From positions 672,001 to 736,000 of the forward strand of contig CAWCRS010000005.1 in assembly GCA_963798085.1 (NCBI GenBank): a stretch of DNA of 64,000 nt. Reading direction: 5' to 3'. Both the position numbers and the translations under genes were made by a program. Shown in pieces: positions 44,839 to 56,154 of the stretch; position 1 is the first letter of the stretch; each line of letters starts with the position of its first letter. Below the pieces are notes generated by a model. It was not told the DNA's origin and ran no database searches. It worked only from the letters and a program-made list of their open reading frames with translations. This stretch comes from an uncultured Gemmatimonadales bacterium. GTDB taxonomy: Bacteria > Gemmatimonadota > Gemmatimonadetes > Longimicrobiales > RSA9.

Positions 44839-47289
44839 TCACACATCCTGCTCGTTGCGCATCACGCGCAGCGGATCCGTGCGCATCGCGAGGCGAGCGG
44901 GGCTCGCGGTCGCGAGCAGGCTCGCGCCGAGCAGCGTGGTGGCAGTCAGCGACAGTACCAGAGGATCGGTTGCAGTGACGCTGTAGAGCAGCGGCTGCAC
45001 CAGCCTGCCGAGCAGCGTTGCACCCGCGATTCCTGCGAGCACGCCGCTCCCGCCAATGGCGAGGCCCTGCCGCAGCACGAGTGCGCGTACACTGGCTGCC
45101 TGCGCGCCCAGCGCCATGCGGATGCCGATCTCGCGCGTACGCTGGCGCACGGAGAAGGCCAGCACGGCGTACGTGCCTACGACGGAGAGCAGCAGCCCGA
45201 GCAGCGCGAACGCAGCGCTGAGTGCGGATTGGAAGCGTGGTCGTGCGAGGGGTGCGGCCAGCAGGCGAGGCAGCGGTGTGATGCCGAGCAGGGCGGCGCC
45301 CGGCTCTTCCTGTGCGACGGTACGACGCAGTGTCGCGGCGAATGCGGCGGGATCGCCGGCCGTGCGCAGCGCGACATAGCCGGGGAACACGGGAATGCCC
45401 TGTTCGTACGGCACATACACGCTGGGGCGCACTTCGGTGAGGTCGCGGTAGCGCGCATCGGCAGTGACCCCGACGACGGTGCGCCAGGGATCGGTTGACT
45501 CCGCCATGCCCAGTTTGATGCGCCGGCCGATCGCGTCCGCACCCGGCCAGTACAGGCGGGCAAACGCCTCGTTAACCCAGACCACGGGTGCACTGCCGGC
45601 GCGATCATTCTCGCGGATGGCCCGGCCGCGCACGATGGGCAGACCCAGCGTCCTGAAGTAGGCCGCATCCACGGCCTCGTAGTTGGCGTATGGATTGCTC
45701 GCGGCCGCGCGCGTCTGGCCCTCGGCGTACCAGACCGCATCGACGCCACCGTTGACTGCGAACGGCTGCGTTGCCACGGCACTCGCACTGCTGATGCCGG
45801 GCACCGCGGCGATGTGCTCTGCGAGACGCACCATGGCGCGCTGAAACTGCGGTGCTTCCGTGTGCAGACCCGGCGGCATGGCGATATCGACGAGCGCCAC
45901 GCTCTGTGCGTCGAAACCGGCGTCCAGATGAAGCATGCGGTCGAGGCTGCGCAGCAGCAGCCCCGCGATGGAGAGAATGATCGTGGTCACGGCGATCTGC
46001 CCCGCGACCAGCGTGTGGCGCAGCAGGCCGCCCCGCCCATCGGAGGCGTGGCCGGCGCCGCGCACACGCAATGCCTCGCCTTGCGCTGCCCGTGCTGTCC
46101 GTACGGCTGGCAGCATGCCGAACAGCACGGCTCCGGCGAGCGCAATCGCGGCCGTGAACCCGAGCGCGCGACCATCCAGCGCGATCTGCGAGAGGCGAGG
46201 CAGTTCCGGCGGCGCGAAGGCGAGCAGAACGTGCAGTGTCGCATACGCCAGGCAGAGTCCCGCGATGCTGGCGGCCACCACGAGCACGGTCGCTTCCGTG
46301 GCGAGCTGGCGCAGCAGCCGGCCGCGGCTCGCACCCATGGCGCTGCGCACGGCCAGCTCGCGCGCCCGGGTGAGTCCGCGCACGAGCAGCAGGTTCGCAA
46401 CGTTCACGCCGGCTACCAGCAGCACGAGCAGCACCGCGGCCGCGAGCACCAGCAGTCCGGGGCGCACATCGCCCACCACGACATCGGCGAACGGCACTGC
46501 ACGAACAAGCTGTTGGGTCTCCAGTCCGGTGTCGACCTGCTGCGTCGCGGCAGCCAGCTCGGCCCGTGCCTGCGCCACGGTGAACCCCGGCGCTACGCGG
46601 GCCACGATATCCCAATCCACCTGGTCGGCATCACGCAGCGAATGCGCGCCGGTCAGCCGCGAGAGGTAGAAGGGAACGGCCGCGACCCACGCCTGCGCGC
46701 CCCCCGGGTACTCGAATCCGGGCGATGCGATCCCGGCCACGGTGTACGTCACGTCGTCAATGCGCAGCGTGCGGCCCGTGACTGCCTCCCTGCCGAACAG
46801 GCGGCGTGCGGCGGCGTCCGCTAACACAATGACAGGCGAGGCGCCGACGCGGTCGTCACCGGCCGTCAGCATGCGACCGGATGCGGCCCGTACGCCCAGC
46901 ACCCCGAACCAGTCGCCGGTCACGGGCGTGACCGCGAGCGGCACGGCGCGATCGCCCAGCTGCAGCGCCGTGCGATTGGTGCCGTTGTACGGGTGTGCCG
47001 CCAGGTCGCTCACTGTGCGCAACCGGCCGCGCAACGCAGCGTATGCCTCGTACGTGAACGGCATGTGCGCAAAGCCGCGCTGCGGCAGCGACGTCCAAAC
47101 CACCAGCAGCTGCGCCTGGTCCTGCACCGGAAGCGGTTTGAGCAGCACGCCGTCCACCACGCTGAAGACGGCGGTGGTTGCCCCCATGCCCAGCGCCAGC
47201 GTGAGCACGGCCGTAGCCGCGAAGCCGGCGCGCGCGCGGAATGTGCGCAGCGCAAACCTCACGTCCTGGCGCAATCCTTCGAAGGGCAT
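44839..47289 (-). CDS. ADOP-type duplicated ABC permease #3 (no adjacent PadR)
   Basis: QDVRFALR, TLALGMGA, NVANLLL, RTREIGIRMALGA; GGGAGG RBS. Confidence 0.9.
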   Translation of the reverse strand: MPFEGLRQDVRFALRTFRARAGFAATAVLTLALGMGATTAVFSVVDGVLLKPLPVQDQAQLLVVWTSLPQRGFAHMPFTYEAYAALRGRLRTVSDLAAHPYNGTNRTALQLGDRAVPLAVTPVTGDWFGVLGVRAASGRMLTAGDDRVGASPVIVLADAAARRLFGREAVTGRTLRIDDVTYTVAGIASPGFEYPGGAQAWVAAVPFYLSRLTGAHSLRDADQVDWDIVARVAPGFTVAQARAELAAATQQVDTGLETQQLVRAVPFADVVVGDVRPGLLVLAAAVLLVLLVAGVNVANLLLVRGLTRARELAVRSAMGASRGRLLRQLATEATVLVVAASIAGLCLAYATLHVLLAFAPPELPRLSQIALDGRALGFTAAIALAGAVLFGMLPAVRTARAAQGEALRVRGAGHASDGRGGLLRHTLVAGQIAVTTIILSIAGLLLRSLDRMLHLDAGFDAQSVALVDIAMPPGLHTEAPQFQRAMVRLAEHIAAVPGISSASAVATQPFAVNGGVDAVWYAEGQTRAAASNPYANYEAVDAAYFRTLGLPIVRGRAIRENDRAGSAPVVWVNEAFARLYWPGADAIGRRIKLGMAESTDPWRTVVGVTADARYRDLTEVRPSVYVPYEQGIPVFPGYVALRTAGDPAAFAATLRRTVAQEEPGAALLGITPLPRLLAAPLARPRFQSALSAAFALLGLLLSVVGTYAVLAFSVRQRTREIGIRMALGAQAASVRALVLRQGLAIGGSGVLAGIAGATLLGRLVQPLLYSVTATDPLVLSLTATTLLGASLLATASPARLAMRTDPLRVMRNEQDV

Positions 47290-47490
47290 GCTGCCTCCCG
47301 TGAACCTCTGGCTGCGACGCGCCACCGTGCTCGAGCGTGTGCCGTTCAATGTGACGGACCCGGAGCGCCTTTGCCAGTCGACGCGCTGCGCCGACAGGCA
47401 CGCCCGTCACCAACGCGCTGCGGTCGCGCGGCTGGCCGGCGCTACGACCGCTGGCTATGGTTTGCGCTCGCTGCCAGCAACGGAGTGTGC

Positions 47491-48075
47491 GTGAAGACAC
47501 TGGTGTTTCTGATCGGCCCGCCCGCGGTGGGCAAGATGACGGTCGGGCACGCGCTCTCAGCGCTGACCGGACTGCCGCTGTTTCACAATCACCTGAGCAT
47601 CGAGGCAGTGCTGCCCATCTTTCCCTTCGGTTCGCCGGCGTTCGGGCGACTGGTGGGGCAGTTCCGCGAGCGGGTCTTCGAGGAAGTGGCGGAGAGCGAC
47701 CATCCGGGCCTGATCTTCACCTTCGTGTGGGCATTCGATGAGCCGCGCGACCTGGCGTACATTGAGGGGTTGAAAGCGATCTTCGAAACGCGCGGCCACC
47801 GCGCGGTGTTCGTCGAGCTGTACGCCAATGTGGAGACGAGGATGCGGCGCAACATGACGGAGCCGCGCATCACTGCCAAGCCGTCGAAACGCGATCTGGA
47901 GCAGTCACGCGCCCGGCTGCTCGACGCGGACACGCGCCACCGTCTCAACTCGACGGGCGATTTCCCCTTCGCGGATCACCTCCGCATCGACAACTCCCGC
48001 CTCGAGCCGGCAGCCGTGGCCGAACAGATCGTGGCGCACTTCGGCATTCCGACCCGCCACAGCACCTCCGCCTGA
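47491..48075 (+). CDS. P-loop kinase/AAA family protein (shikimate kinase-like)
   Basis: LIGPPAVGKMTVG, LFHNH, IFTFVW, KPSKRD. Confidence 0.8.
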   Translation: MKTLVFLIGPPAVGKMTVGHALSALTGLPLFHNHLSIEAVLPIFPFGSPAFGRLVGQFRERVFEEVAESDHPGLIFTFVWAFDEPRDLAYIEGLKAIFETRGHRAVFVELYANVETRMRRNMTEPRITAKPSKRDLEQSRARLLDADTRHRLNSTGDFPFADHLRIDNSRLEPAAVAEQIVAHFGIPTRHSTSA

Positions 48076-48129
48076 ACCGCAGCGTCGCGCTTCCCCACCC
48101 TCGCACGCAGGCCGCGCGCAGTTCCTCAC

Positions 48130-48870
48130 GCCCTGCCCGCACGAGACGGGGCTCATGGCCTGTCCATTGCCGCCGGTGGTGATTTGGCGATCGGCGTGAC
48201 CGGGCCGTGGCCGCAACCGCCCGGATTGGGATCAGCGTAGGGTCCCATGCCATCAATGAAGATGGTGCCGTGCAAATGCCGCACGGTGTCACGGTGATGC
48301 GCAATGTGCCGCCGTGACTGCCCACAAACAGCGGGTTATCGGAGGGCCCCCCGTTCAGGGCGTGGGTGATGATAGGGTCAGGAACGAAATTGACGTTGGG
48401 GAACAGTGGTTGCCGGTTGCACCGGGCGCGCCTGACCTGCCCAGCGTGATGGCGAAGAGACCGGTCACGCCGTCCGCGCCGGCATGGCCGCCTTTCAGCA
48501 GCACGGCGCCACCCCCGCCGCCGGGCACAGCGGCCCATTCCTGATCGATCGTGATGGAATTGCGAGCGGCGATGCTCACGCCGCCGCCAGGGCCGCCATT
48601 TCGTGGCCATGGCCGGACCAGCGCGCTCTGGTCCGTGGCTCGCGTTGATCGCACCTTTCGGCATTTTCACGACCGGGCCGTTGCTGAGCATGTCCTTGCC
48701 CTGCGTCCGACTCCCCTGCGTCCCCGGCGCCCGCCCGCCCGCACCATTCCGGACAGCTGCAGCGGGAGCGGCGCGTTGTCGCGCACACCCAGCACGAGAT
48801 CGGCACTGACCCCACCCGCGCTCGCCGTGATGTGAACGTCACCGGGCGCGGGCTGGATGTCGCGTGCTCA
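48130..48870 (-). pseudogene. Degraded Gly-rich gene remnant
   Basis: Short protein-like segments in several frames (GGPGGGVSIAA..GGAVLLKGG); no intact ORF. Confidence 0.25.
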
Positions 48871-48972
48871 TGACGCTCCCGCTCCGGTTCCGCGTTTCAG
48901 GCTGCGCGGTTAACGCATGAAAACCCGCGGGGAGTGATCATCAGGCAGGTCCGGTGTGGCAGCCGGCGCCTT

Positions 48973-50163
48973 TCAGCGACCGCCTGTCTGGATGCGTGCG
49001 CGCACCAGCGTCTCCGCGCCCAGCGAGTCCGTGCTCACGCCATACAGGGCGCCGCGCGCGAACATGGGCAGCGCCGGAAAGAGCACGAAGCGCACGTCCG
49101 ACTGCATGCGCCCGAGGTAGCGGCCCTCACTGTCGAACACGTCGAAGATGCGGCCATCCTCGGCGCCCGTGCCGTTGGGCTGGACGATGACGTGGCCCGT
49201 GTCGTCCGTGTAGATGCGTTCGAATGCCGGTTTCACGTCCGGGATGTCGCGCCGACCCGGTCGCGCATCCGGGCCCGGCGGCAGCTCCAGCACTTCGCGC
49301 ATGATCGAGTCCTTCTCGGCTTCGCTGACCGGCGCAGGAGGCCGGTCCACATCGATGATGCGCAGCGTGTCACCGCGCAGCGAACGCTGCACGAACTGAT
49401 AACGGTCGTTTACGCCGAACCAGAGGTAGCCGGCGGGATCGAAGTGGAAAATGAGGCGGGGCAGGAGGTGGAAGAGCGCGGTCGTGATCTGGCCGGTCGG
49501 ACGAGGCGGTGACAACATGGGCGGGAGTGTGTCAATGATAACACCCGTGTTCGCGGCCTTGCGGTAGTAGCGGAACGCGACCCGCCCATCACCCTCGAGT
49601 CGCGCCGCGGCATCGTACAGGAAACCATCGCGGCCCAGTCCACCCAGCCACGGAATCAGCGCGCTCGGCGTGCGCATTGGACGGTCCTCGAGGTGCGTGC
49701 CTGCGCTGTCATAGAGTGCATAGCGCGCATTGCCAATGTCGGCGACCCAGAGCCGGCCAGCCGCATCCCACGTCAGGCCCGTCACATTCTTGAATTCACC
49801 AGGTCCGGAACCGCTGCGCCCCAGCGTGCGCACGTATTTCCCGTGCGCGTCGAACATGCGCACCTCCGAGCTCGAACCGTCGGCCGCGACAATGTCCCCG
49901 TTGGGCGCGCCGCCCACGGCCACGATCTGGCTGAACAGCAGCGGACCACTGTGTGCGCCCGCGCCGATCTCGAGGTCGCGCACGATGTGCCAGCGCTCAC
50001 TGGCCTTCCAGATCCCGTCTCGCGGATTCGTCACGTGCAGCGCGCCGTTCGCCAGGGTGTCGACGCGCACCTTTCCGCCGCTGTCGCCTCCCTCGACTCC
50101 GTGGCAGGCCGCCAGCGTCAGCAGCAGCACTGCGACAATGCTGCAACACGATTCAAGGCGCAT
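48973..50163 (-). CDS. 6-bladed beta-propeller lipoprotein
   Basis: Lipobox LAAC; RVDTLANG..VTNP; GRSGSGPGEF; FDVFDSEGRYLG; DSLG. Confidence 0.85.
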   Translation of the reverse strand: MRLESCCSIVAVLLLTLAACHGVEGGDSGGKVRVDTLANGALHVTNPRDGIWKASERWHIVRDLEIGAGAHSGPLLFSQIVAVGGAPNGDIVAADGSSSEVRMFDAHGKYVRTLGRSGSGPGEFKNVTGLTWDAAGRLWVADIGNARYALYDSAGTHLEDRPMRTPSALIPWLGGLGRDGFLYDAAARLEGDGRVAFRYYRKAANTGVIIDTLPPMLSPPRPTGQITTALFHLLPRLIFHFDPAGYLWFGVNDRYQFVQRSLRGDTLRIIDVDRPPAPVSEAEKDSIMREVLELPPGPDARPGRRDIPDVKPAFERIYTDDTGHVIVQPNGTGAEDGRIFDVFDSEGRYLGRMQSDVRFVLFPALPMFARGALYGVSTDSLGAETLVRARIQTGGR

Positions 50164-51188
50164 GGCGGAGACCGTAGCGCACAACCGACGGCATATCAAG
50201 GCTGTCCCTCTCGACGCAACCAGATGGCCCACGACGGGCAGATCCCGGGCATGCGGCAGCGAGCGCAGCTGTTTTGCTCGTTTTCTGATGTCTGCGGCCG
50301 GCACGTGCAGCTGCTCGAGGAACGTCGCGGACGTGGCCAGCAGCGAATCAATGGCACTCGGCGTGACTCGCCGCCGCGGCGCACGGAATCGAATGCGCAC
50401 GGGCCCCCGGTCGTGAGCGCGAATACGTCCACATCGATCCCATCCGGCCGCGTGCCGCAGGCTCTGTCCTCCGAAGCCACAAAGAGCGGATCGGGTACGA
50501 AGAGAGCGTTGCTCACGCCGCCTGCGTGGCGGTACTGCTCCGGCCACGCTGCGCCGGATATGGGGTCGCTGCTCATGCCCGTTCCCGGATCGAGCATGAA
50601 GAGTCTGATCGTGTCGCGGCCGGGCAGGCCGCGCATGCTGGCATGATCAGGAAAAATGACGAGCAATCCGATCCGCGAGTGTGCGAGGAAGTACGCATGC
50701 TCCACGCCATTGGCCGCTATCCGGGCTCCGGGCGGATTATGGATGGCAATGCGGTCGATGAACGTGCCGCTCGCGGTGAAGCGATTGAGGCCATGGAAAT
50801 CGATCACGAACAGCGTGTCATGCGCCAGCGCCAGCAGCGACGGGACGCGCAGCTCACCAGGCCCATCGCCGATACCACCGAGCTGGCGGATCAGCCGGCC
50901 GCTCGCATCGAACACGCGGACGTTCGCGGCACGCGCATCCACCACGAACGTCTCACTCATGGCGGACACGGCGATTCCCGGGACATTGGAGAAGCTCGAC
51001 GCCTCCGCGTCACCGTTGATGCGCATCTCCTGCTCGAGCCTCAGCGCGGGCGCAGCGGCCAGCATCTCTGCAGAAAGCTCCACGACCGGCACGCCGTCGT
51101 CGGGTTCCGGAATGACGACGACGCCCCCTCCGCCGCACGCGCCGCAGACACAGACGATCAGCGGCAGCATCAGATCGCTTTGCCTCAT
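50164..51188 (-). CDS. 6-bladed beta-propeller lipoprotein, frameshifted and 3'-truncated
   Basis: GAC lipobox; GGIGDGPGEL; frame change at ~50405, then runs into the next gene; GGAGG RBS. Confidence 0.6.
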
Positions 51189-51332
51189 CGGGCCTCCGGG
51201 GATGAACACGGAGGTGGTCCGGCGAACCCGCAGACCGACAACTGTTGGGCCGGGAATCAGCGACCGCTGAGCACCTTCGCCCTGCGTCGCTCATCGATCA
51301 GGCGCGCGCCCGGCCCGCTCGATTCCCCGCGG

Positions 51333-54029
51333 CTACTCGGCGCGCAGCGCGACCGCGGGATCGACCCGGGCGGCGCGCGCCGCTGGCAGCCAGCAGGCGG
51401 CGACGCCGACGGCGGTGAGACCCAGCGCGACGGCCCCGAGCGTGAGCGGGTCGTGCGGCGTGACGCCATAGAGCAGGCCGCGCAGCAGCCGCGTCGCCAG
51501 CAGTGCGCCGACCAGACCGGCCCCCAAACCCGCCGTTAGCAGTACGCCGCCCTCGCCCAGCACCATGCGCTGCACACGCGGCGGGTTCGCGCCCAGACTC
51601 ATGCGTATGCCGATCTCCGCGGTTCGTGACCGCACGGAGAACGCGAGCACGCCGGCAATGCCCACCATCGCGATCAGCAGCGCCAGCGTGCCGAACGACG
51701 CGATGAACAACGCGTTGCGACGGCGCGGCGCCACGGTTTCGTCGCGGATCTGTTCCACTGTCTCAATGTGCTCGATCAGCTGGCGCGGGTAGATCTCGTG
51801 GATCGTGCGCACGATCGCCGGCTGCAGCGCCACGGGATCCGCAGCCGTCCGCACGACCAGCGCGCCGCCAATGATGAACTCCTGTGCGAACGGCTGGTAC
51901 ATGGTCGGCGCAGGATCGCTTTCCAGGCCCGCATCGCGGGTGTCGCCCACGATGCCCACGACCGTGCGCCAGTCGTCCGTGAAAGGAGTGAACTTCAGCA
52001 CCGCGCCGGTCCAGGCGACACGCCGGCCGATCGGATCCACATCGCCGAAGAGCAGTCGGGCGAGTGCCGCGTTCAATATGACGACCAGCCCCGTGCCCCG
52101 TCGGTCCGTCGTCTGGAATGCGCGACCCCCGAGCAGCGGGATGCCGCTCGCTGTGAACCAGTCATGGTCGACCGTCTTCATTGCGGCGTGCGGCGTCGGC
52201 CGGTCCGGCGGCACGGTGCGGCCCTCGGCTTTCACTTCGAGGTCGATCATCGATCTGCGCAGCGGCGCCACGCTGCCGAGCGCCGCCATCCCCGCACCGG
52301 GTATCGCGGCCACATGATCGCGTATGCCTTCGTACTTTGCGAGGTTCTCCGGCTGCTTCATCAACTCACGCAGGAGGTCGCCCTCCAGCGGCAGCTCGAG
52401 CGTGAGCACGTGCTCGGCGTGCACCCCACTGTCCACCGATTCGAGCTTGCTCAGCGTGCGCATCAGCAGACCCGCGCCGGTGAGCAGCACCACGCATGCG
52501 GCAATCTGCGCAATCACGAGCGCGCCCTGGAAGCGGCGCCGCCCGCGGCCGAGCGTGATGCGGCGCCCCGCCGGCGCCAGCGACGCGGCGAGCCCGCGGT
52601 CACCGCCGATCCCCGTGACAAACGACAGCGCGATCGCGGCGGCAATGCTCGTCAACAGCCCGACCGCGAGCACAACGCCGTCGACGCGGATCTCGGAGGC
52701 GCGCGGCGAAAGCTGCGCCGCAAACGCCACGAGTATCCTGAGGCCGGCATACGCGATGAGCACACCGAGACCGCCGCCCAGCAGTGACAGACCCAGATTC
52801 TCGACGAGCAGCAGACGGCGCAGCCGCACACGACCGGCCCCGAGCGCCGCGCGCACCTGCATCTCGCGCTCGCGCCCGACGCCACGCATGAGCGTGAGAC
52901 TGGAGACATTGGCGCAGGCAATCAGCAGCACGAATGCCGCCGCGCTCATCAACAGCCAGAAGGTGAGCGACGCACGCTCGTTCAGCGCCTGGCGCAGCGG
53001 CTTCACCGTGATCGTGTACCGTGACGCCTTCTCATACGTCTCCGGATGATCGCGGAACATCGTGGACGCAATGCGGTCGATCTCGTCGCGCGCCTGCGCG
53101 ACCGTGCTGCCGGGCGCCAGACGCGCGAACATCTCCGTCATGCGGTGCGAGCGGTCGGTTACCATCGTCGCACTCAGATGATGCGGGCTCGTCACCGTGT
53201 TTACGAACACGTCATTGCGCTGCGGGTAGTCCGGCGCGGACTGCACGACACCGATCACCGTCGTCACCTTGTCGTTGAGGCGGACTGCACGCCCCACGAT
53301 GCCCGGGTCACCCCCGAAGTGGTCCTTCCAGAACGGCAGCGTCAGCACCGCGACAGGCGAGGCCGCCGCACCGTCGTCCTGAGGATTCGTCAGGCGACCC
53401 AGCACCGGCTGCAGACCCATGACCTCGAAGAAATCGCCGCTGACAACGCCCGTCCGCACGCGTGTCGACACGCCGTCGCTGCCGATCATGGTGAACGGCA
53501 GCACGGAAGAGTATTCGGCAATGTTGGAGAGTGTCTTCGCCAATGTGCGGTAGTCCTCGACCTCGGGAACCGAGAAGAGCACGTTCTGCTGCCCCGTCCC
53601 CTGCGCCGACTGCCGCAGGTACAAGAGTCGGCCACCCTCACGATTGGGCAGTGGCCGAAGCAAAGTGCCGCGCAACAGCGTGAACATGGCCGTATTTGCA
53701 CCAATGCCCAGCGCCAGCGTGAGGATGACCGTCAGCGAGAAAACCGGCGCACGTCGCTGACTGCGCAGAGCGAACACAATGTCGCGACCCAGCTCCTCGA
53801 GCCAGCCTGTGCCGCGCGTGTCGCGCACCTGCTCCTTGCGCAGGTCAATGCCACCCAGGGCCCGCAGCGCCGCGGTCCGCGCCGCCCGCGCCGGCATGCC
53901 CTGCCGCAGATTCTCCGCAATCTGCTGCTCCAGATGGTACCGCAGTTCCTCATCGAGCTCGCGCTCGACTTCGCTCCGCCGGAAGAGTGTGCGCAGGCGG
54001 AGCCGCACAATGCGCAACCATCGACCCAT
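51333..54029 (-). CDS. ADOP-type duplicated ABC permease #4
   Basis: ERELDEELRYH prefix, LIACANV, RTAEIGIRMSLGA. Confidence 0.92.
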   Translation of the reverse strand: MGRWLRIVRLRLRTLFRRSEVERELDEELRYHLEQQIAENLRQGMPARAARTAALRALGGIDLRKEQVRDTRGTGWLEELGRDIVFALRSQRRAPVFSLTVILTLALGIGANTAMFTLLRGTLLRPLPNREGGRLLYLRQSAQGTGQQNVLFSVPEVEDYRTLAKTLSNIAEYSSVLPFTMIGSDGVSTRVRTGVVSGDFFEVMGLQPVLGRLTNPQDDGAAASPVAVLTLPFWKDHFGGDPGIVGRAVRLNDKVTTVIGVVQSAPDYPQRNDVFVNTVTSPHHLSATMVTDRSHRMTEMFARLAPGSTVAQARDEIDRIASTMFRDHPETYEKASRYTITVKPLRQALNERASLTFWLLMSAAAFVLLIACANVSSLTLMRGVGREREMQVRAALGAGRVRLRRLLLVENLGLSLLGGGLGVLIAYAGLRILVAFAAQLSPRASEIRVDGVVLAVGLLTSIAAAIALSFVTGIGGDRGLAASLAPAGRRITLGRGRRRFQGALVIAQIAACVVLLTGAGLLMRTLSKLESVDSGVHAEHVLTLELPLEGDLLRELMKQPENLAKYEGIRDHVAAIPGAGMAALGSVAPLRRSMIDLEVKAEGRTVPPDRPTPHAAMKTVDHDWFTASGIPLLGGRAFQTTDRRGTGLVVILNAALARLLFGDVDPIGRRVAWTGAVLKFTPFTDDWRTVVGIVGDTRDAGLESDPAPTMYQPFAQEFIIGGALVVRTAADPVALQPAIVRTIHEIYPRQLIEHIETVEQIRDETVAPRRRNALFIASFGTLALLIAMVGIAGVLAFSVRSRTAEIGIRMSLGANPPRVQRMVLGEGGVLLTAGLGAGLVGALLATRLLRGLLYGVTPHDPLTLGAVALGLTAVGVAACWLPAARAARVDPAVALRAE

Positions 54030-54036
54030 ACTTGCC

Positions 54037-54372
54037 TCAGATCCCCTGCAGACGCACTAACGCAGTGATAGCACCGGCCAGGCGGTCCCAGTTGCCAGCC
54101 TCGACCTGCAGCTGCTTCCGGCCGGCCCGCGTCAGCGAGTAGAACTTGGCACGCCGGTTGTTCTCGCTCGGCCGCCACTCCGACGTGACCCACCCCTCCT
54201 GCTCCAGCTTGTGCAGCGCCGGATACAGCGAGCCGTCACTCACCTGCAGCGCATCCGCTGACAGCTGCTTCAGCCGCTGCCCGATCGTCCAGCCGTTCGA
54301 CGGCTCCAGCGCCAGCAGCTTCAGGATGAGCAGGTCCAGCGTGCCCTGCACCAGGTCGGTCGGTTTGCTCAT
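54037..54372 (-). CDS. PadR family transcriptional regulator
   Basis: [33 protein letters not shown]. Confidence 0.92.
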   Translation of the reverse strand: MSKPTDLVQGTLDLLILKLLALEPSNGWTIGQRLKQLSADALQVSDGSLYPALHKLEQEGWVTSEWRPSENNRRAKFYSLTRAGRKQLQVEAGNWDRLAGAITALVRLQGI

Positions 54373-54381
54373 GGCGTATCC

Positions 54382-54426
54382 CTCGGTTACCGAGATAAGA
54401 TACAGTTCGACCTCTCGGTAAGCAAG
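54382..54426. promoter_or_regulatory. Tandem palindromes, putative PadR operators
   Basis: ctcggt-t-accgag (54382-54394) and ctcggtaagcaag (54414-54426), 32 bp apart. Confidence 0.55.
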
Positions 54427-54714
54427 TGGAACGACAACGCAGGCACTCTCCCGCAGCGCCGGTTCAGCCCGATGCGGAGCGCGGCCGCAAGGGCGCAGCG
54501 CAGCCGAGCAGGCCGGCAACCGATCCCACCCTGATCGAATGGAAGCGGGCGGTGGATCGCGCGCGCCGAATGCCGGCGACTGCAGTGTGTGCCGGTCGGT
54601 GGGCAGCGGCGCCAGGTCGACCGCGCAGCGCACGCCAGCGGAAAGCAGGCCCCGGCCTGGTGTGGGCCGCGCGGCGTGTGCGGGGAAGGTTTTTCTTCGC
54701 GTTCAACGACTCTC

Positions 54715-54742
54715 TTGACAAACCCCTGCATCGCGGCAATAT
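54715..54742 (+). promoter_or_regulatory. Possible sigma70 promoter
   Basis: TTGACA-16 nt-CAATAT in an AT-rich patch upstream of the propeller gene. Confidence 0.35.
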
Positions 54743-54801
54743 CTCCTACCATTCTAGGAAATTATCTCGACGGACGGCCACGAATTATGTGTTGTTGACC
54801 G

Positions 54802-56154
54802 ATGGAAATGGGGCCCTGTTATACCTATATGCATAGGAGACACGTGGTCGGGCAGGGCCTGTCGCGATCTGCGGCCGCAGGCGCCGCGCTGATCCGTCTG
54901 CGCACGCGTGTACTCGGCTTGTGCGTCTCGTCCGTTGTTGCGGCGCCGGCGTTCGTGGCGGCGCAGCAGACCGTCGACCTGCCGGCGCGCGACAAGCGCC
55001 TGACCGAAACCGCGGCGGTCCTGTACACGGTCGGAAGCGATGAAGGTGAGGACTGGCAGCTGCTCTCGGGTGTGCGGTCGGTTGCGTTTGATGCGGTCGA
55101 CGACCTGTACGTGCTGGATGGAAACAACTTCCGCATCCTCGTTTTCGACGCGGCAGGCAAGTACCTCCGGACGATCAGTCGCAAAGGCGATGGCCCCGGT
55201 GAACTGATGGCGCCAGTTGCATTGACGGTGCTGTCGGACGGAACGATTGCCGCCGGCGATCTGGTCCGTCGCACGTTCTCGCTGTTCCGGACGGACGGCA
55301 CGTTCGTCGGGGATGTGTCCTTTCCGGCGCCCGAGGGGATGGGCGGTCTGCAGCCGATACTCCACGCGCACCCGCTGCGCGGCGTTGTCGCACTGATGTT
55401 CGTTCGCCCGCCGCCACGCGCCGACCCGACCGTGCCGACCGGCGAGCGAACGGCACGGGCCGAGTGGTTCGACTTCGCAACGGCAGCGATCACGCCGGCT
55501 TCTCCGCAGGACGCGGAGAAGGCCTTGTCGCTGTATGCGTTCACGGTGCCTTCGATAACACCGGTAACACGGGTGCAGGACGGTCACCTGCGCGGGATCT
55601 CGACCGTGCCGCCGCACTGGACACCGCCGATGGCGTTTGCCGTACTGGCGGACGGAGGCCTGGCGGTCGTACACGACCCGCGTTATCGCGTGGAGGTCAT
55701 CAGCCCGGCCGGCAAGCTGGAACGCACCCTCGTGCGACCACTCGCGCCGCGCAAAGGCACCCTGAAAGACAAGGAAGCGTTCATCAGGAGCGAGCGCAGG
55801 AATCCCGACCCGCGCATGCAGCTGTCGAGAAACGGCGGCGGCGCATCAATCGCGACGCCAGAAGTGCCGATCGACGAAGCCGTTCGCAACGCAACGTGGA
55901 TGGAAACGATTCCGGTGTTGCGTGGCGTGAGTGCGGATCGCGCCGGCCGCATCTGGATTGCGCGGACGCCTGCGGATTTCGACGTGCAGGGACCTGTTGA
56001 CATCGTGCGGGCCAATGGTTCCTACATCGGTACCATCGCGCATTCCGCTCTGCCCGGCGCATTCAGCAGCAGCGGACGGGCGGCATACATCGAGCGTGAT
56101 GCGCTCGGTGTCGAACACGTGACTGTGAAACAGCTGCCCGCGGGCTGGAAATAG
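54802..56154 (+). CDS. 6-bladed beta-propeller secreted protein
   Basis: SRKGDGPGEL, DRAGRIWI, ERDALGVEHV; true start probably slightly downstream. Confidence 0.8.
   Translation: MEMGPCYTYMHRRHVVGQGLSRSAAAGAALIRLRTRVLGLCVSSVVAAPAFVAAQQTVDLPARDKRLTETAAVLYTVGSDEGEDWQLLSGVRSVAFDAVDDLYVLDGNNFRILVFDAAGKYLRTISRKGDGPGELMAPVALTVLSDGTIAAGDLVRRTFSLFRTDGTFVGDVSFPAPEGMGGLQPILHAHPLRGVVALMFVRPPPRADPTVPTGERTARAEWFDFATAAITPASPQDAEKALSLYAFTVPSITPVTRVQDGHLRGISTVPPHWTPPMAFAVLADGGLAVVHDPRYRVEVISPAGKLERTLVRPLAPRKGTLKDKEAFIRSERRNPDPRMQLSRNGGGASIATPEVPIDEAVRNATWMETIPVLRGVSADRAGRIWIARTPADFDVQGPVDIVRANGSYIGTIAHSALPGAFSSSGRAAYIERDALGVEHVTVKQLPAGWK

Noticed and set aside
54744..54759. tccta-N6-tagga palindrome as another PadR operator
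   Set aside because: One base shorter than the other cores and unpaired; only 5-bp arms
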